The notes under the pieces are model-generated. The model was not told the DNA's origin. It saw only the letters and a list, made by a program, of their open reading frames with translations, and did not search any database. Shown here piece after piece: positions 25,169-38,521 of a stretch of 64,000 nt of DNA. Within the stretch, counting starts at the first letter, position 1, and each line of letters opens with the position of its first letter. The DNA lies in the NCBI GenBank assembly GCA_028534125.1, contig CM052816.1:63242001-63306000 (forward strand), given 5' to 3'. The position numbers and the translations under genes are program-made. The DNA comes from Lama glama. Its lineage: Eukaryota.

Positions 25169-25392
25169 CTGTGGTTTCCCAAGTGGGGTTACAGACTCCA
25201 GAAAATACGTTTTAAATTAATAGAATTTCTATTCTCATTTTTAGCTCAAAATTAGAAATTAGACTTTCTTCCCATTTAATATCCAGAATGACAAGAGTAC
25301 ATGTATACAATTTGAAAAAAAATTTACATTTTACAGACATTTTCAAAATATTTTACTGATGGAGGCACAATTTAAAAGTTGAGAGACCAACG
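25169..25392 (+). mobile_element. hAT-Charlie MER113-like element
   Basis: TIR-like ends ctgtggtttcccaagtgggg ... aaaagttgagagaccaacg; tagaatttctatt. Confidence 0.55.
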
Positions 25393-26649
25393 GTGTAGCT
25401 AAACAGTGCCTCGCAAAGCATATGCCAGGCTAATTAGAAGGTAACTCAGACAGATGTGAGCCTGCCAGCCAGTAATAGTCTCCCACTCTCAAATAAATGC
25501 CAAGATGAAACTGAACTTATTTCTTTAATGGCTTCATGCTATTATAGGAACGAAACTTCAAATTCTGCTAAAACTGTCTCTTGAGTAGCAAATAACCAAC
25601 AGTGGGACTTGAAGAGCAACTAAGGAAGAAAGAAACGGAATGACAAGTCAGCTTTTAAAACTATTAGGATCAAGATATGGGGTCTCTGCTCAAAAATATC
25701 AACCACGTATGAATTTTTAGTACTTTTCAATCAAAAGAAATATTGATCAAAAGTAGTCTAGACATTCACTTTTTACATTTAAAAGAGAATGAAAATCTGT
25801 TCTTATTTTTGAGTCAGAATTAAGCTTACAAAGCTTGTGAGGATCTGACTGACGATCAAAGGATACAAAGAAGCAGTCTGGGTAAAAAGTTGTGTTCTTC
25901 TTCAAAGACTAATGGTCAGTCTCTGTGCAGTCTTCAAAGTATACTCAAACAGGGGGCAAGTGATCTTGAGAAATGTTTTTCCATAAGGTAAATTCTATTT
26001 TCTTTAAGATCATCATTCAAAAGAGAAATCCAGCTTTCTAAGATTAATTATATACAAGTGAAATAAGTTACTATAATTATGTTTCAATAATCATGTGTTT
26101 AACATAGAAACATACTCACCTTCATATAAAAGGCTGACACCTAGTTTCCAAATTCTGACTGGTCCCTACCAAGACTACCCTCTGGCTAACTCTCATCCCC
26201 AAACCCTATGTGTCTTCCTGTGACTCCCCTTGTGAGACAACCAGGGTGACCCTTGGTATACAAGCTTCCCTACTATTAGGTTAACACTTTGTGACTTCAG
26301 GTATGTTTCTGATGGTCTTTGGTCAGTGGGTCTTAACAAAGGTGATAAGGTCATGTGTCCACATGTTAAGCCTTGATAGGAGGGTGTGTGACTTAGGGGT
26401 ATTTTTTAAGCAAAAAAGAAAGGACAGAAAAAACAGAAATGGAGAAACGAAGAAGGAAAATGGGGCTGCTTCTTTGACAATATCACATTCCTAGGCCCCA
26501 GAGATTCTTTATCCATGCTGCTTTTGGTGAATACAGAAACCACAGTAAGTTTTTTTTGGTAAAACGATCTGGTGCCTAGATAGCCCATGCCCGTCTTGTG
26601 GATCTTAGAATATTATAAACAATTAGCAGGTGCTGTACAAATACCGATA

Positions 26650-26850
26650 AAGACAACAATGGCAGTAAATTTTCATATATGTACAGTAACTTTGAAGTTT
26701 ACTTTTGTGGCATGGTTTTATTTCAGATAACAACAACCCTAGTGTAAGTTACTCTTATTTTAGACATAAAGTCTCCAAGGATTTAAGTAACTAAATCAGT
26801 GTTAGGCAGCTTAAAAGGCAAAACCAGAAAGCAAACTCAGTTACTAACCA
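26650..26850 (-). mobile_element. MIR SINE (degraded)
   Basis: caacaaccct...attttagacat...ttaagtaact...ggcaaaaccagaa. Confidence 0.45.
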
Positions 26851-28529
26851 TTATCTGACTCCCTCTCCATTTTTTGCAGACTTTATAAAATAAGAACCTA
26901 TGTAACCTTGTGCATAATAGGATAAAAAAATTAGGTCAGTCATTGTCCTCTTTTAGAGAAAACCAGAGTTGCACTGGAGTTGCTTTTTTTTTTTTTAATG
27001 TGGTGAATTAAAAAAAAACCTTTTATTATCATTTTCATAGACCACAGATAGCATTTATGTAGTCAGACATTGTTTTAATTAGATACGGACCAAAAACAAA
27101 CGTTTTCATTAGATTTAACAAACACTCAGTGATACCACCAAAGTTTTAATCTCACCAGTCTTAATCATAATCTTACCGTTAGGTCAAACACATTCAAACA
27201 CTTTTAAGAGGCTTTGGCCATGCAGTCACTGTATTGGAATAATCACCTTTTAAATGGTCAGTGATATCAGAAATGTACACATGACCTCAGGTAAAAGCAA
27301 TGACCCACGGAGAAACTCAGAGTATTTTATTATACTGGACTATTAAGTACACTCACAGTTCATAAACTTCAATGGTTTGTCTGTAATGATTTATTTTTAA
27401 GTCAGCCAGAGGCCTACAGAAGACCAAAACATGATCAAATGGAATCAACTATTCTGTCAAGCTCAATGTTGGCACTGAAAGCCTCACCACAAGCTCACAA
27501 ATTAACTACCGTCCCCCGGCATGAATTGAAAGTCTCCATTTAAATAAATTAAAATGCTTCTAGACCTACCAGGAATTTCTCTGAGCTGAAAGGGTATATT
27601 CTTTTCAGGTACTAGGTCAGAAATGTTATAAAAGAAGTCATTAATGCTATTCGTACAAAGGACACTGGAGCAAATGAAGAACAGGTGTAAGACGGTCTCC
27701 CTGAAAATCAGGACAGTCATTTTCACTGGTGGGAAGAGGCATTAAAAAAGGAGTATCAATAGGAACTAGGTTTCTACCAAAGAGGCTAAGTGTGAGGGTC
27801 TACCAGACAAAGTGCACATTCGGTCCTGCCATCATATGCTTTAGTGTTTCCGTGTAAGCTGCTAGCTAAGGGGAAAGAGCCATTTACACTACTAGCTATC
27901 TGTTAATCGATAAATCATCTAATGAACACAAATGCATTCTGTCCAGAATGAGGGGACTCACTGTTAGTTTCTCTGCAAGACACCCGTTTGATCAGTATGT
28001 GACTAAATTGATGACTCTTAATTTCGTGTCATGCATTGCACACTTCTAGGAGATGGGCTAATGAGCAACAAAAGGATCAAAAGCACAACAAAAACAGAAG
28101 AGAAATAAAGTCCTCAACTAACCACAAACAGAGAGAAATTTCTAGGTAAAATCACTGTAAAGTGTATTATCCCTGACACTGTATCTGATAAAGCAGCTAA
28201 AGCAGGACTAGGCATAGAGTAGTTACTCGGGAAATATAATTTATATTAATAAATATAGGAAAGGAAAATATAAGCATGGAGAATGAATAAAAGAAAAAAT
28301 TAATGCCTGGTTTGTTGCAAAAGCCTCTATTTTCATTGGGGAACATTTCTTTCCTCTGAATTCAAGAAATGCTAAGGTTGCATCAAAGCATTCTAATTAA
28401 AAACAGTCACCTTATTTGAGTGCCTCTGACACAAAACTTCTAATTTACATCTTTGTTATCTTGTATTTATACCCCATTTTTTCACCCTAGCCTTCTTTGT
28501 CTCTTGTCCCTTCATATTAGTTTTACTAA

Positions 28530-30300
28530 CCTTCTGATTATAAAATGCATGCTCACTGAAAAAAGTCAGAAAATATGAAAGATTATATAAAGAGAAAATA
28601 AAGGTTAATGTTGACTGATCCACAACCCAGAATTAACCATTGACATCATTTTAGTGACTCCTCTTCAGACCTTTCCTGGTTCATATATTCAAAATGAGAC
28701 ACTGCACACACTATTTAATAGCTTTTCATTCTGTTATGTTCTTCAAAAACATTTTGACCTGGTACTATGAAATGAACCTATGGCTCCCAAAGATCACTGT
28801 GGTTAATACGCTCCAGCACGGGTCTGAGAATGTTTTTCTTTTAGTTTATAGGTATATCCCATTAATCCACCAAGGTATCTACAGAAGAAGACTTACTGTG
28901 GCACTGTTTGTTTTAGTCCAAAACTCCAACTATCAATGGGAGTCTCATTAAATAAACTGTGAACTTCCATTCAATGGAATCATAGATAGCCATTAAAAAG
29001 ACTAGCTATCCCAGTGACCTCTCAGTATGTGATAAAAGTTTGATCTTTTGATAAGTTCAGCTTTAAAAGAACTTAGAATTACTGTGAGTGGTTTTTCACC
29101 TTTACAGAGGTTTTTTCCTTCATGGACCCATGACAAAACAAGGTACAGAATGATACGTATTTCTAGAAAGAGGTCTTAGTAAAAACGTTTACTTTTTCAT
29201 CTTTATCTCCCATATTGTACACATATTACTTTATATTTTTTAAAAGCACTGGTAAAAATAAATCAGGGAAATTTTAATTAGGAAATAGGGTAAGTCAAAA
29301 ACTGTGAAGGGTCCGACATTTTACACTACAAGTTAACAAGTTAACATGGCACAGTTTCATGAATACTGACAGAAGACACAAGACTCCTGGGTCAGAGATG
29401 AAGGACTATTACTCACAAAAATGGCAATAGTCAGAGGATCGGCATTTTCTTCTACCAGTTCCTCACTCCCCAGTGCCCAAAAGGCATTGCAAAGAGAGCT
29501 AGATGAAACCTGAGCACATACCCTGGGTTGTATTGCAAGGAGATAACCCTGAGTTTTAAGAATGTGAATCTTTCATCCTGGGCAGTAAGCATGCCCGTTC
29601 TTTGCTCTGGAGGAAGATATCTCTACTTTCTAAGGCTGTTCACTATGCAAACATGTTTGAAAAAGATAGTCTGGGACAAAGGCTGTCAGTGTGTCTGTTC
29701 TCAAACCTTGCAGAAATTTGAGAGACTCATGGAGAATTAGTTCCTAGTAGAAATATATTCTACTCTATTCTACTATTTATATATCTATATATCACTCTTT
29801 TTAGTGGCTACATATTTACTGGTATTGGTATTCTATGATACATGTAACTAATGTCTTAAGACAACTTTCAGTTGTTTCTAAAACTATTGTTAACATTCTT
29901 GGACATGTCCTATCATTCAAGATAACTCTAGAAATGGGATTGCTGAGTCAAACTATTAAAAACTTTTTGAAAGATTTTCTTATATGCATCCTGCCCATCA
30001 GGAAGCTTGCAGGGATTGCTCATGCTCTGTTCATGTAATAAATATCTGATTCCCCTTGCTTTCACTAATGTGGGATATTATTAATCTGTTTGATCTTCAA
30101 ACCTAATAGGCAACTTGACATCTAATTTTGTTTTCATTTTCATTTGTTAGTAATAAAACTATATGAATATTTTTTCATTATATTTATCAACCACATATCT
30201 TATTTCCTATCCATCAAGCCATCATTTTTGAGAGGAGAATTCATCCCTGTCTTATTGACTGGTGAAAATTCTTTATGTATTTTTTTAATACAACAGAATA
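28530..30300. mobile_element. Ancient L1ME fragments (mostly - strand, a + piece near 28860-29000), interrupted by an LTR
   Basis: tgattataaaatgcatgctcactg; aaataaactgtg...ccattcaatggaat; ctagaaatgggattgctgagtcaaa. Confidence 0.55.
29303..29748 (-). mobile_element. ERV1 solo LTR, MER31-like
   Basis: tgtgaagggtc...cacagtttcatgaatactgacagaagacacaagactcctgggtcagaga matches the recalled MER31 end. Confidence 0.8.
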
Positions 30301-31321
30301 AATGTAGTTCAATGTACACTTATAAATAGTCACCCTATTCTTAAGGACAACCTTCTAGCCCCAAGATTATTTATTACTCTATCTCTGGTAGGGGGAAAGC
30401 TAAGGAAATTATACAGCTATAACATGACTATAAACCCCTTTATATCTTCATTTGGCCTCTCTGGCTTAATAAGTCATCAAAGGTCTGTGTTAAATAGCTT
30501 AAAACTCATCCAATTGCAAATGTGAATTTTCACATAAGTCCTTCTTTCTTTTCCCCACCAAATTTTTATAGGATTAAGTTTGAAACTAATTATAAAAGCA
30601 ATGTGAAATGCTAAAAAATAAGACTAAAGAGGCTCTAATGGAAGAGTCGGATCCTAGCCTGCTACAATAGAAGTGTCTCATCTCTGCCAATGTTACAATG
30701 AAAGTCATTATCCACTAATATCCCTATTTCCTAGGCCAAGTAAATGCAAAAGTTTGTTAATCCTGCAAATAAAACATGCATGATTTTTGCTCTAAATATT
30801 TAAAACCTAAAGAAGCTACATAATGTATTCATCTTGCTGGTGGTCTCCCTATCTGGAGACTACTTCTAGTTACATTTGAAAATCGTGTTCCATCAAAAAA
30901 TAAGTCATTTTCTGCAAATCCCAGCCAGAAACTAGAAGAATAAAGAAAATATATTCAAAGTACTTTAAATAAGTGATTGCAACAATAAAAGTCCTTCAAC
31001 TCTGTAACAAAGTACCAGCTCCCCAAAGGAAAAAAAAAGGCCATTAGGCCACTATATTCAACTTACAACAGCAAAATTTGACAGAGGGTTTTCTGTGACA
31101 TGAAAGGGAATGGGTTCAATCAGAGCTCCATTGTGAATGTCAAATCCCAAAATTCCCAAGGAACCCTTTTCACTGATTTCAGGTAGCTGATGTGCATTAG
31201 GTAGCAGGTATTTAATTATAATTTCAAAAAACTGAAACAAAATAAATAAATAATTTCAAGGTCAGGATAAAAATTAAAAGAACATAAGAGATCCAGGTTC
31301 CTCCAGTTCTTATGTTGGTTT

Positions 31322-31948
31322 TGAGACAGGAGGGAAGGAGGCAGGACACAGCCATTAACAGCACGACACAGCAATGAGCGCCAAGATGGCGGAAGAATCA
31401 ACCCCCAGCAGACCTTGTGCTTTCACATACACTGACTGAAACACAACAGCATACTAAACGGCACTCCCACAGGTGCCGTGACAGTTTCACGGCTGACCAT
31501 AAAAGGTCCAGAATTGGATATGGCCCAGTTTCTGGGAATCCCAGCCTCTTCCCCAAAGTAGTTGGAATAATCCTCCCATTTAATAGAACATGAAATTACC
31601 GAGCCCATAAAAACTAACAACCCCACACCTCGTGGTTGCTCTCTTGCCTTCTGAGTTGGCCTGCACTCTGCCTGTGGAGTGTGTATCTACTTTTCCTCTA
31701 ACCACCCTAACATGCTGTGGCTTCTCTGGCCTTCTTTTTTTTTTTTCCCCTCTGGCCTTCTGAGACAGCCCGTACTCTGTCTATGGGGTATGTATCTCTC
31801 TGAATAAATCTACGTTTACTCAACTATGGCTCACCCTTGAGTTCTTTCCTGCATAAAGCCAAGGACTCTCATTTGGCGGGGCGTGTCCCAGGGACTCACC
31901 CGAGACCTGGGTTACAACCAGCCTCTCACACCCTATTTTCTTCTATCA
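31322..31948 (+). mobile_element. ERV1 solo LTR, MER41-like (copy 2)
   Basis: TG...CA ends; TSD GTTT/GCTT; collinear with 23423-24060; aataaatctac; YY1 motif caagatggcgg. Confidence 0.9.
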
Positions 31949-33711
31949 GCTTGGGAGAATCAAAGTTGAACTAAAATTCCTTAAAGATGGAGAAACCAGG
32001 AGCCTCTGCCTGCTCCATGCTCATGAGATACAAAGAGCACCGTCAGAACAGTCAGAGACATCCAAGGATCAAGTCTACACCAGCATCTAGTGGCACCAGA
32101 AAGTCAAAGGTACTTTTACAGCCAGATGTCAATATTCTCTATTATCCAGGTCATAGGGAAAAGATCCCAAGTGGCCAACAATTGCACTGTTTTCCTCCTG
32201 ACATTGCATAACTATTTGGGGCCCACTGATAACTACATATGGATACATATACATAAAACTTTAATCCAACACCCCCCCAAAGTCAGTTTCTCTATCCTGC
32301 TCAAGCCCATATTGGAACTTAAAAGAACATACATGAACTTGGACTAGTATCACCTTCCCCTCTCCCTTTTATTTCCTTATTTCTCACAACAACCCCCATC
32401 ATATATTGAGCCACGAGGGTTAAGGACTTACTTTATATTACACACCTAGGAACAGTCGGAAACTTCCTTTCACTCTCAGAAACTTCCAAGACTTGCTTTC
32501 CCTCTCCCTCCCTCTTGGCACCCGAGTTTAACTATCTTCTGGAGCACAAGGAGGTGCTGTGTGGTTTTCTTATCCCCCTCAAGGTGGTCACTGAGGCCCA
32601 GCACGGGAGACAGTATCTTTTGCCTTCAAGAAAGAGAAGAGATAGTCTTCTATTGGTGCATCTCCTGCCAGGTACAGCCAAAATCCTGAGCCAGGAGCCC
32701 ACCTAAGTGGGTGAAGTTTTCCCAAACTCTCAACGACTGAACACGTAGATTGGAACCAGTGGCTTGCACAGAACCTTGGATTTACAGAATGCTGGAATCC
32801 TGGACCTGGGCTGTACCAGCAAGTTCACTTGATCCAACAAAATGACCAGTTTCCAATGAGATAAGCTAACAAATCTTGTTGCTATTCTCTGTTCAGCAAT
32901 GCATGTCTCCATGTATTGATACACATGAGAAAAGCATAATGCGGTCCTCTTTGATTGTCGGTACTTGGATTAAAAATCAGTCATGGAGCTCTGCCCTACC
33001 TTTTGAGAAAACACAGAACTATGCAGTCAAGAATTATGAGCACAAATATGTTAGGTAAAGTGGTGTCTGTTAGAATGGAGGTCAAACGATGTTTGGGAAT
33101 AAAGATTTAAGGGGCAGAGCAAGACTTCAAGAAGGTATTAATTAGAGCCACTCCCCCCCCCACTCTTCCCTTAAGCTTCTTTACAATCAAATCTGTGTCA
33201 CTCATCTAGTGTGGAAATTAGGACATCCAGTATGGGCCTAATTTTTGCCAACTGGAGGAGCAGATTCTAGTAAGAAAACATCTCTCTTGGGTCAGTGTTC
33301 TTATAATCCTCTGACTAGTCCTAGCTCTCCAGAGACATGGATGAATTCATTTGATCTGTGAACACTGACTCTGCAGAGACACAAGGAAGCATTTAACAGA
33401 AGCAGATCTGCTGTGAGGCTAACGAGTCTCAAGGTGCAGGCTCCTCACTTGCCCTGGCCCTCTCCATGGCCATAGCCCTGGGAGGACACTAGCCGCAGTT
33501 TGGGATGTCTGCCCCCCATGTAAATACCCTAATGACCTGGAGGTGCTACTACCCTCTGCTAATCAATTCCCTTTGGGGATTCAAGTCTCATTCTCAGACT
33601 CTCGGGAAGGCACCTTACTCCTGCCTTCATACCTGCCCAGCTTCTCTCACTCTGGAGCCTTTCGGATTTGTACTCTATTAAGTAAACATTTCATCTTCTT
33701 AAATTCCACCA

Positions 33712-34169
33712 TGTATTAGTTTCCTAGGGCTACAGTAAATCAATCAAAAAAACAAACAAACACAACTACATCATAAACTCTGTGGCCTAAAACAACAGAA
33801 ATGTATTTCCTCACAGTTCTGGAGGCCAGAAGTCCAAAATCAAGGAATCTGCAAGGCTCCCTGTGAAAACTCCAGGGGAGGAGCCTCCCTTGCCTCTTCC
33901 AGCTTCTGGTGGCTCCAGGAATTCCTTGGCCCTCGGGAGCCTGACACCAACTTCTACCTCCGTTTTCACACAGCCTTCTCCTCTCCTCTCTCATGAGGAC
34001 ACTTACTGGATTTAGGATCCATCCAATAACAAGGGTGATCTCATCTCATGATTCTTAACTGCATCTACAAAGGGTGTTTTCCCAGTGAGACCACATTCAC
34101 AGGTTCTGGGAATTAGGACATGGACCTATCTTTTTTGGAGGGAAGGGGGACACCATTTACTCCACTACA
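33712..34169 (-). mobile_element. MaLR solo LTR, MLT1C-like
   Basis: tgtattagtttcctagggct...tcacagttctggaggccagaagtcc...cttgcctcttccagcttctggtggc...ccactaca. Confidence 0.9.
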
Positions 34170-34250
34170 TCCATATAGGTAACTTAACAGGGCAGAGAAA
34201 TCTGAAACCTAACCCAGTTCCTGTTTGTCTGTCTCTTCCCACCTTTTAAA

Positions 34251-34450
34251 CAGCACTGTCAAACAGAACTTTCTGCCACGAAATGTTCTATATCTGTGCT
34301 GTCCAACGTAGCAGTGGCATGCAGCTATTGAGCACTTAAAACATTAGCTAATAGGACTGAATGATTAAAATTTTTAATTTTACTTGATTTTAATTAATTG
34401 AAATGTAAACAGCCACATATAGTTAGTGGCTACTATATTATACAGCCACC
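34251..34450 (+). mobile_element. MER3 hAT-Charlie element
   Basis: cagcactgtcaaacagaactttctg...gttctatatctgtgctgtcca...agccacat...tagtggctac. Confidence 0.85.
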
Positions 34451-34487
34451 ATTCTAAAAATTTTTTGTAGGATCTACTTTTTACATA

Positions 34488-35070
34488 TTTATTTCTCCAA
34501 ATTCATTGAGGTAAGATTGACTGATAAAATTATATGTATTTAAAGTCCACAGTTTAATGGTCTGATGTATAAATATATTGCTAAATGCTTACCACAATCA
34601 AGTTAACAAATACATCCATCACCTCACATAGCTACTGTTATCTGTATGTGTGTGGTGAGAAGATTTAAGATCTACTCTCTCAGCAAATCTCAAGTATACA
34701 AAACAGTACTATTAAATAGTCACCATGCTGTACATTAGATCCCCAGAACTTATTTATCTTAAAGCTAAAATTTCATACCCTTTCACCAACGTCTACCTAA
34801 GCCCATCCCATCGCACCCCCAACAACCACCATCCTACTCTCTGGTTCTATGAGTTTGACTTCTTTAGAGTCCACATGTAAGTGAGATCATACAATATTTG
34901 TCTTTCTGTCTGGCTTATTTCATTTAGCATAATGTCCTCAAAGTTCATACATTTTGTCACAAATGGCAGGATTTCCTTTTTATGGCTGAACACTATTCGA
35001 CTGTGTACATATGCATATATGTCACATTTTCTTTATCCATTCATCCATTGATAGACACATAGGTTGTGTT
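34488..35070 (-). mobile_element. L1MA8/9-like 3' end
   Basis: catccatcacctcacatag...gatctactctctcagcaa...ccacatgtaagtgagatcatac...ctttatccattcatcc. Confidence 0.92.
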
Positions 35071-36543
35071 CTTAGAAGTTCTAAAATTCTGACAATGGTT
35101 ACCTACTCTCTTCACCCTCCCTGGTTTTTGCCCTCATGAGTTTATCCTCATTTCTTTATTGTTCTTCTCATGAGACTGTGAGGAGCAGCAAAGGTAAATG
35201 CATGTGTTCAGTCTGCCATATTTAACTGGGTGGCCCTATCAATGACCATGGAACCAGCTCATATCTCATATGATGAAAACTATCATGGGAAGGCAGGGTT
35301 CACTAACAAATTTGATATTCAGGTGGTTTTTTCTGGGTCATTTTAGCTAAGGTCTCAATCTTACCTATCTTGGGACTGCAAAGCCAAGGTCTCCTACCCC
35401 CATATTCATGGCTCTTTTGGAAACTTACACTGTCTTAAAAGAATACAGAAGTCATTAGACAGGTAGAATGTTAGATGATGTTATTAGCTTTGTTATATCT
35501 ATGGCACCATGTGAATCAGACATAAGTACAAGGTCAAGTCTGACTCAGGCAATAAAGATTTCACAAAGATTTTATGAATTTTAAAACTACAATTATTTTT
35601 CCCAGACTCTTTCCAATTTGAATTCCTTCAAATTCTGCCCCCTTTTGTCACCATGGAAGAAAGGCAGTCAAAGCGAAGATTTCTCCTGCCATAGTGACCA
35701 AAAGTTTATCCATAGTTGGTCAAAATAAGCCACAACCAGCCTCCTAGAGGTTAGGTCAAACTTCAAAATCCTAAATTACCAAACTTCTGTGTGTCTAGTA
35801 GGAAACTTCATCCTGTTCACACTGGAGTATAAGCAAACCTTAACATATGTGAAAGGAAGAATCAGAGACAAAGCATATACAAAAGAGCAGCAGCAGCAGC
35901 TTGCTTGCAAGTAAGTTGCAAAGCAACCAGACTGCAGGAGAACTGAGCAAATAAACACAGTGAGTATATTCACTTTTTTAATTGCCGAGGTTACTGAGTT
36001 TTCAGTTAATCTGTTCATGAAGGAAAAAAGTTTTCTCACAGCTAACATCTGCATACGTCATAATGTATCTTCAGATATCAGTTTTGCAAAAGTCAGAGAT
36101 ACAGCTGCCTTGTTAGGGAGTCAGTAACTTACAGGAAATGCTCAAGAACTCTTTTTGCCTTGGAGACTAAAACTACGCAGAACAAACTTGTCATTTTTGG
36201 CTTGTCTAAGGGTGCAATGTGGGTTTTATTTTATCCTGACTGTGGGACAGGATGGGCACACCTATTCATCAAAGGTGGCAAGGCCATACCCATTTTACTT
36301 CCACAATAGGCATCTTAATTCAGTTAGCTACTAATAAGTTAAACTAAGAAAGCCATTAGGCCGATGACTAAAGCCAAAAGCCGTTCAAAGTCAGTTAATG
36401 TGGATGCACGTTCTCCCATGTTCCAGACTTTTGAATACCAAAGGACAGATCTCTCTCTCTGTATTATCATTATATCATACTCCAACAATTCAGTTTATCA
36501 GGATTACATTACACGTGACAAATGGACACAAAACAGCCTATAA

Positions 36544-36721
36544 TAGAGGTTGGCAAACTATGACACATAGGCCAAAGTGAACCTGTCCATACAGTCATTT
36601 ACACATGGCTTCTTTTGCTCACTAAGGGCAGAGCTGAGTAGTTGAAACAGAAACCATATAGTCCACAAAGCCAAAAATATTTACTATCGTACCCTTTACC
36701 AAAAACATTTGCTAAGCCTTG
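36544..36721 (+). mobile_element. MER58A hAT-Charlie element
   Basis: agaggttggcaaacta...ggcagagctgagtagttg...aaaatatttactatc; degenerate TSD gcctataa/acctctaa. Confidence 0.85.
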
Positions 36722-36964
36722 ACCTCTAACATTGATTTCAACTGAAGCTCAAAATTGTCATTAATTTAGTACATTCCTTGAATATCCAGATGAACAGCCT
36801 TTTAATATGAGCTTATGGAAATTAAGGTCACAAAAATGTTGACTATGTATTAAAGCTTCTTTGTACTGAGTCATTTTCATCTCAAAGGAACACAACGTAA
36901 CTTTGGAAAATTGCTGAACTATGTCTTCAAATGTTGCTACGGAAATAAAGATATAGATAACACA

Positions 36965-37150
36965 CTGCTCTAGCTGGGTGACGCAGGGAAAGGTGATTAT
37001 CCCCAGTCTCAGTCTTCTCATCTACAAAATAAGGACAAGCCATACCTCACAGAATAAATGATTTACTGAGAGAATTAAATTCAATCAGATGTTTAAAATG
37101 TTTTGCCCAGTACCTTTCATTCAATGCATGTTAGCTATTAGTAATAATAC
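36965..37150 (+). mobile_element. MIR SINE
   Basis: ctagctgggtgac...tctcagtcttctcatctacaaaataagg...tacctcacaga...gagaattaaat. Confidence 0.75.
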
Positions 37151-38004
37151 CATCACTTTGACAGTTAATTAAAAATAGACACATGATTAGGTAGTAAATG
37201 AGGACTTTGGGTAGAGAAAAAAGAATTTAAAATATCACATTTCTTTGCACAAACTTTGATATCTGACAATAAATTCCTTTTTAAAAAGTTAAACATGCAA
37301 CTAAGCACACTGTCATACAGATAAATCTCAGTGTACATCTCAATAATGTATACACCGGAGCATTTATTAGAAAAGAAAAATACTGGCTTAAAGAAAGTTA
37401 ACTGGCAAATGGCACCTGGTAAGAGACACGCCTGGCAAGACACCAGGACATACCTACTCCTGTATTTAACACAGTCAGCTGGTCTTAAACCTGAACTATT
37501 ACTCCAGTTGGAAAGACAACTTTTAATGGAGCCAAATAGTGATGGCTGAGTAATGGAGACATGTTATGCTTATTAATTTAAAGGAAAAAAGGAAACCTTC
37601 TAATCTAAGAGCCTTTCACATCTCCCCTCCAAAAAGAAAAAAGCCTTGATTTTTTTTGTATTGTTGTTAAGCTTTTTTGTATTGTCTTTAAGCTCTGTTT
37701 ACTGGATTTTAAACCACCTGGCATAAAAAGCTCCTCCCTCTAATAGTCCCTAGACAAGAAGATGTATCCATTTCTAACAAATGGACCCTTTATACTGACT
37801 CCAATCCAGGCAAATGGGAACTCCAGCAAGATGACAATATGGTATCACTTTACATTGGTATTCCTTAAGCATTTGTTCACCTCTTATTCAATGAAGAAAG
37901 GATTTTTATTTAAATTTTCTACTTCTTACATCCAAAACATGGGATTTATTATACGTATGAATGTTAACTTCTGCTTTTCCCCAGTGTCTTCCACTATGCT
38001 TTTC

Positions 38005-38521
38005 TGTGATAGATTAAATATGACTTTTTTTTTTTTGCAAGAAGAGCAGTCTACTTGTCTATTGCTTGAATCTGAGTTGGTCATGTGGTTTGCCTGCACC
38101 ATTAGAATGAGGCTGAAATGATCTGTGCAACTTCTAAGCTTCAGTTCCCTTATAGCTTCCACGCTCACCCTCTGGAACACTGCCACCCAAGGAAGAAGCC
38201 CAGCCAGCCCCTCAAGGACGACGGCATTCCTGGAGGGAGAGACCACCTGGAAAGAGAAGCCCAGCCGCCCCATCCAGTCCAGCTCCCCCAGCTGACAGCC
38301 CAGACGTATCAATGAGGTCCAGGACCAGCCAGCCACAACCAGTCTGCCAACTGTATAGAAAAGCATGAATGAGCCCCACCAGCTCCAAGTGCAGCAGAGA
38401 TGAGCCAGCCCAAGTGAACCTCACCCAAGTTAACAATCTACAGAGTGATGAGCAAACAAGTAACTGTCATTTAAAGCCACTAAGTTTTGGCTCTGCTTTG
38501 TAAGAACAGATAACTGAGACA
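38005..38521 (+). mobile_element. MaLR solo LTR, MLT1G/H-like
   Basis: tgtgatagattaaa start; cttgaatctgagttgg; aagccactaagttttgg; ends agataactgagaca. Confidence 0.82.

Noticed and set aside
27570..27700. Minus-strand exon with open frame ETVLHLFFICSS...LREIP
   Set aside because: Splice signals are only moderate, the peptide is unrecognised and part resembles a decayed L2 tail.
23423..31948. Provirus bounded by the two related LTRs (7.3 kb apart, same orientation)
   Set aside because: Each LTR has its own TSD (GAGC versus GTTT/GCTT), they differ by indels, and the interior has no PBS or gag/pol/env but does contain ancient MIR, L1ME and hAT fossils.
33400..33495. hAT-Tip100 (Zaphod/MER115-like) terminus
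   Set aside because: Only ~90 bp of weak recalled similarity and no second end found.
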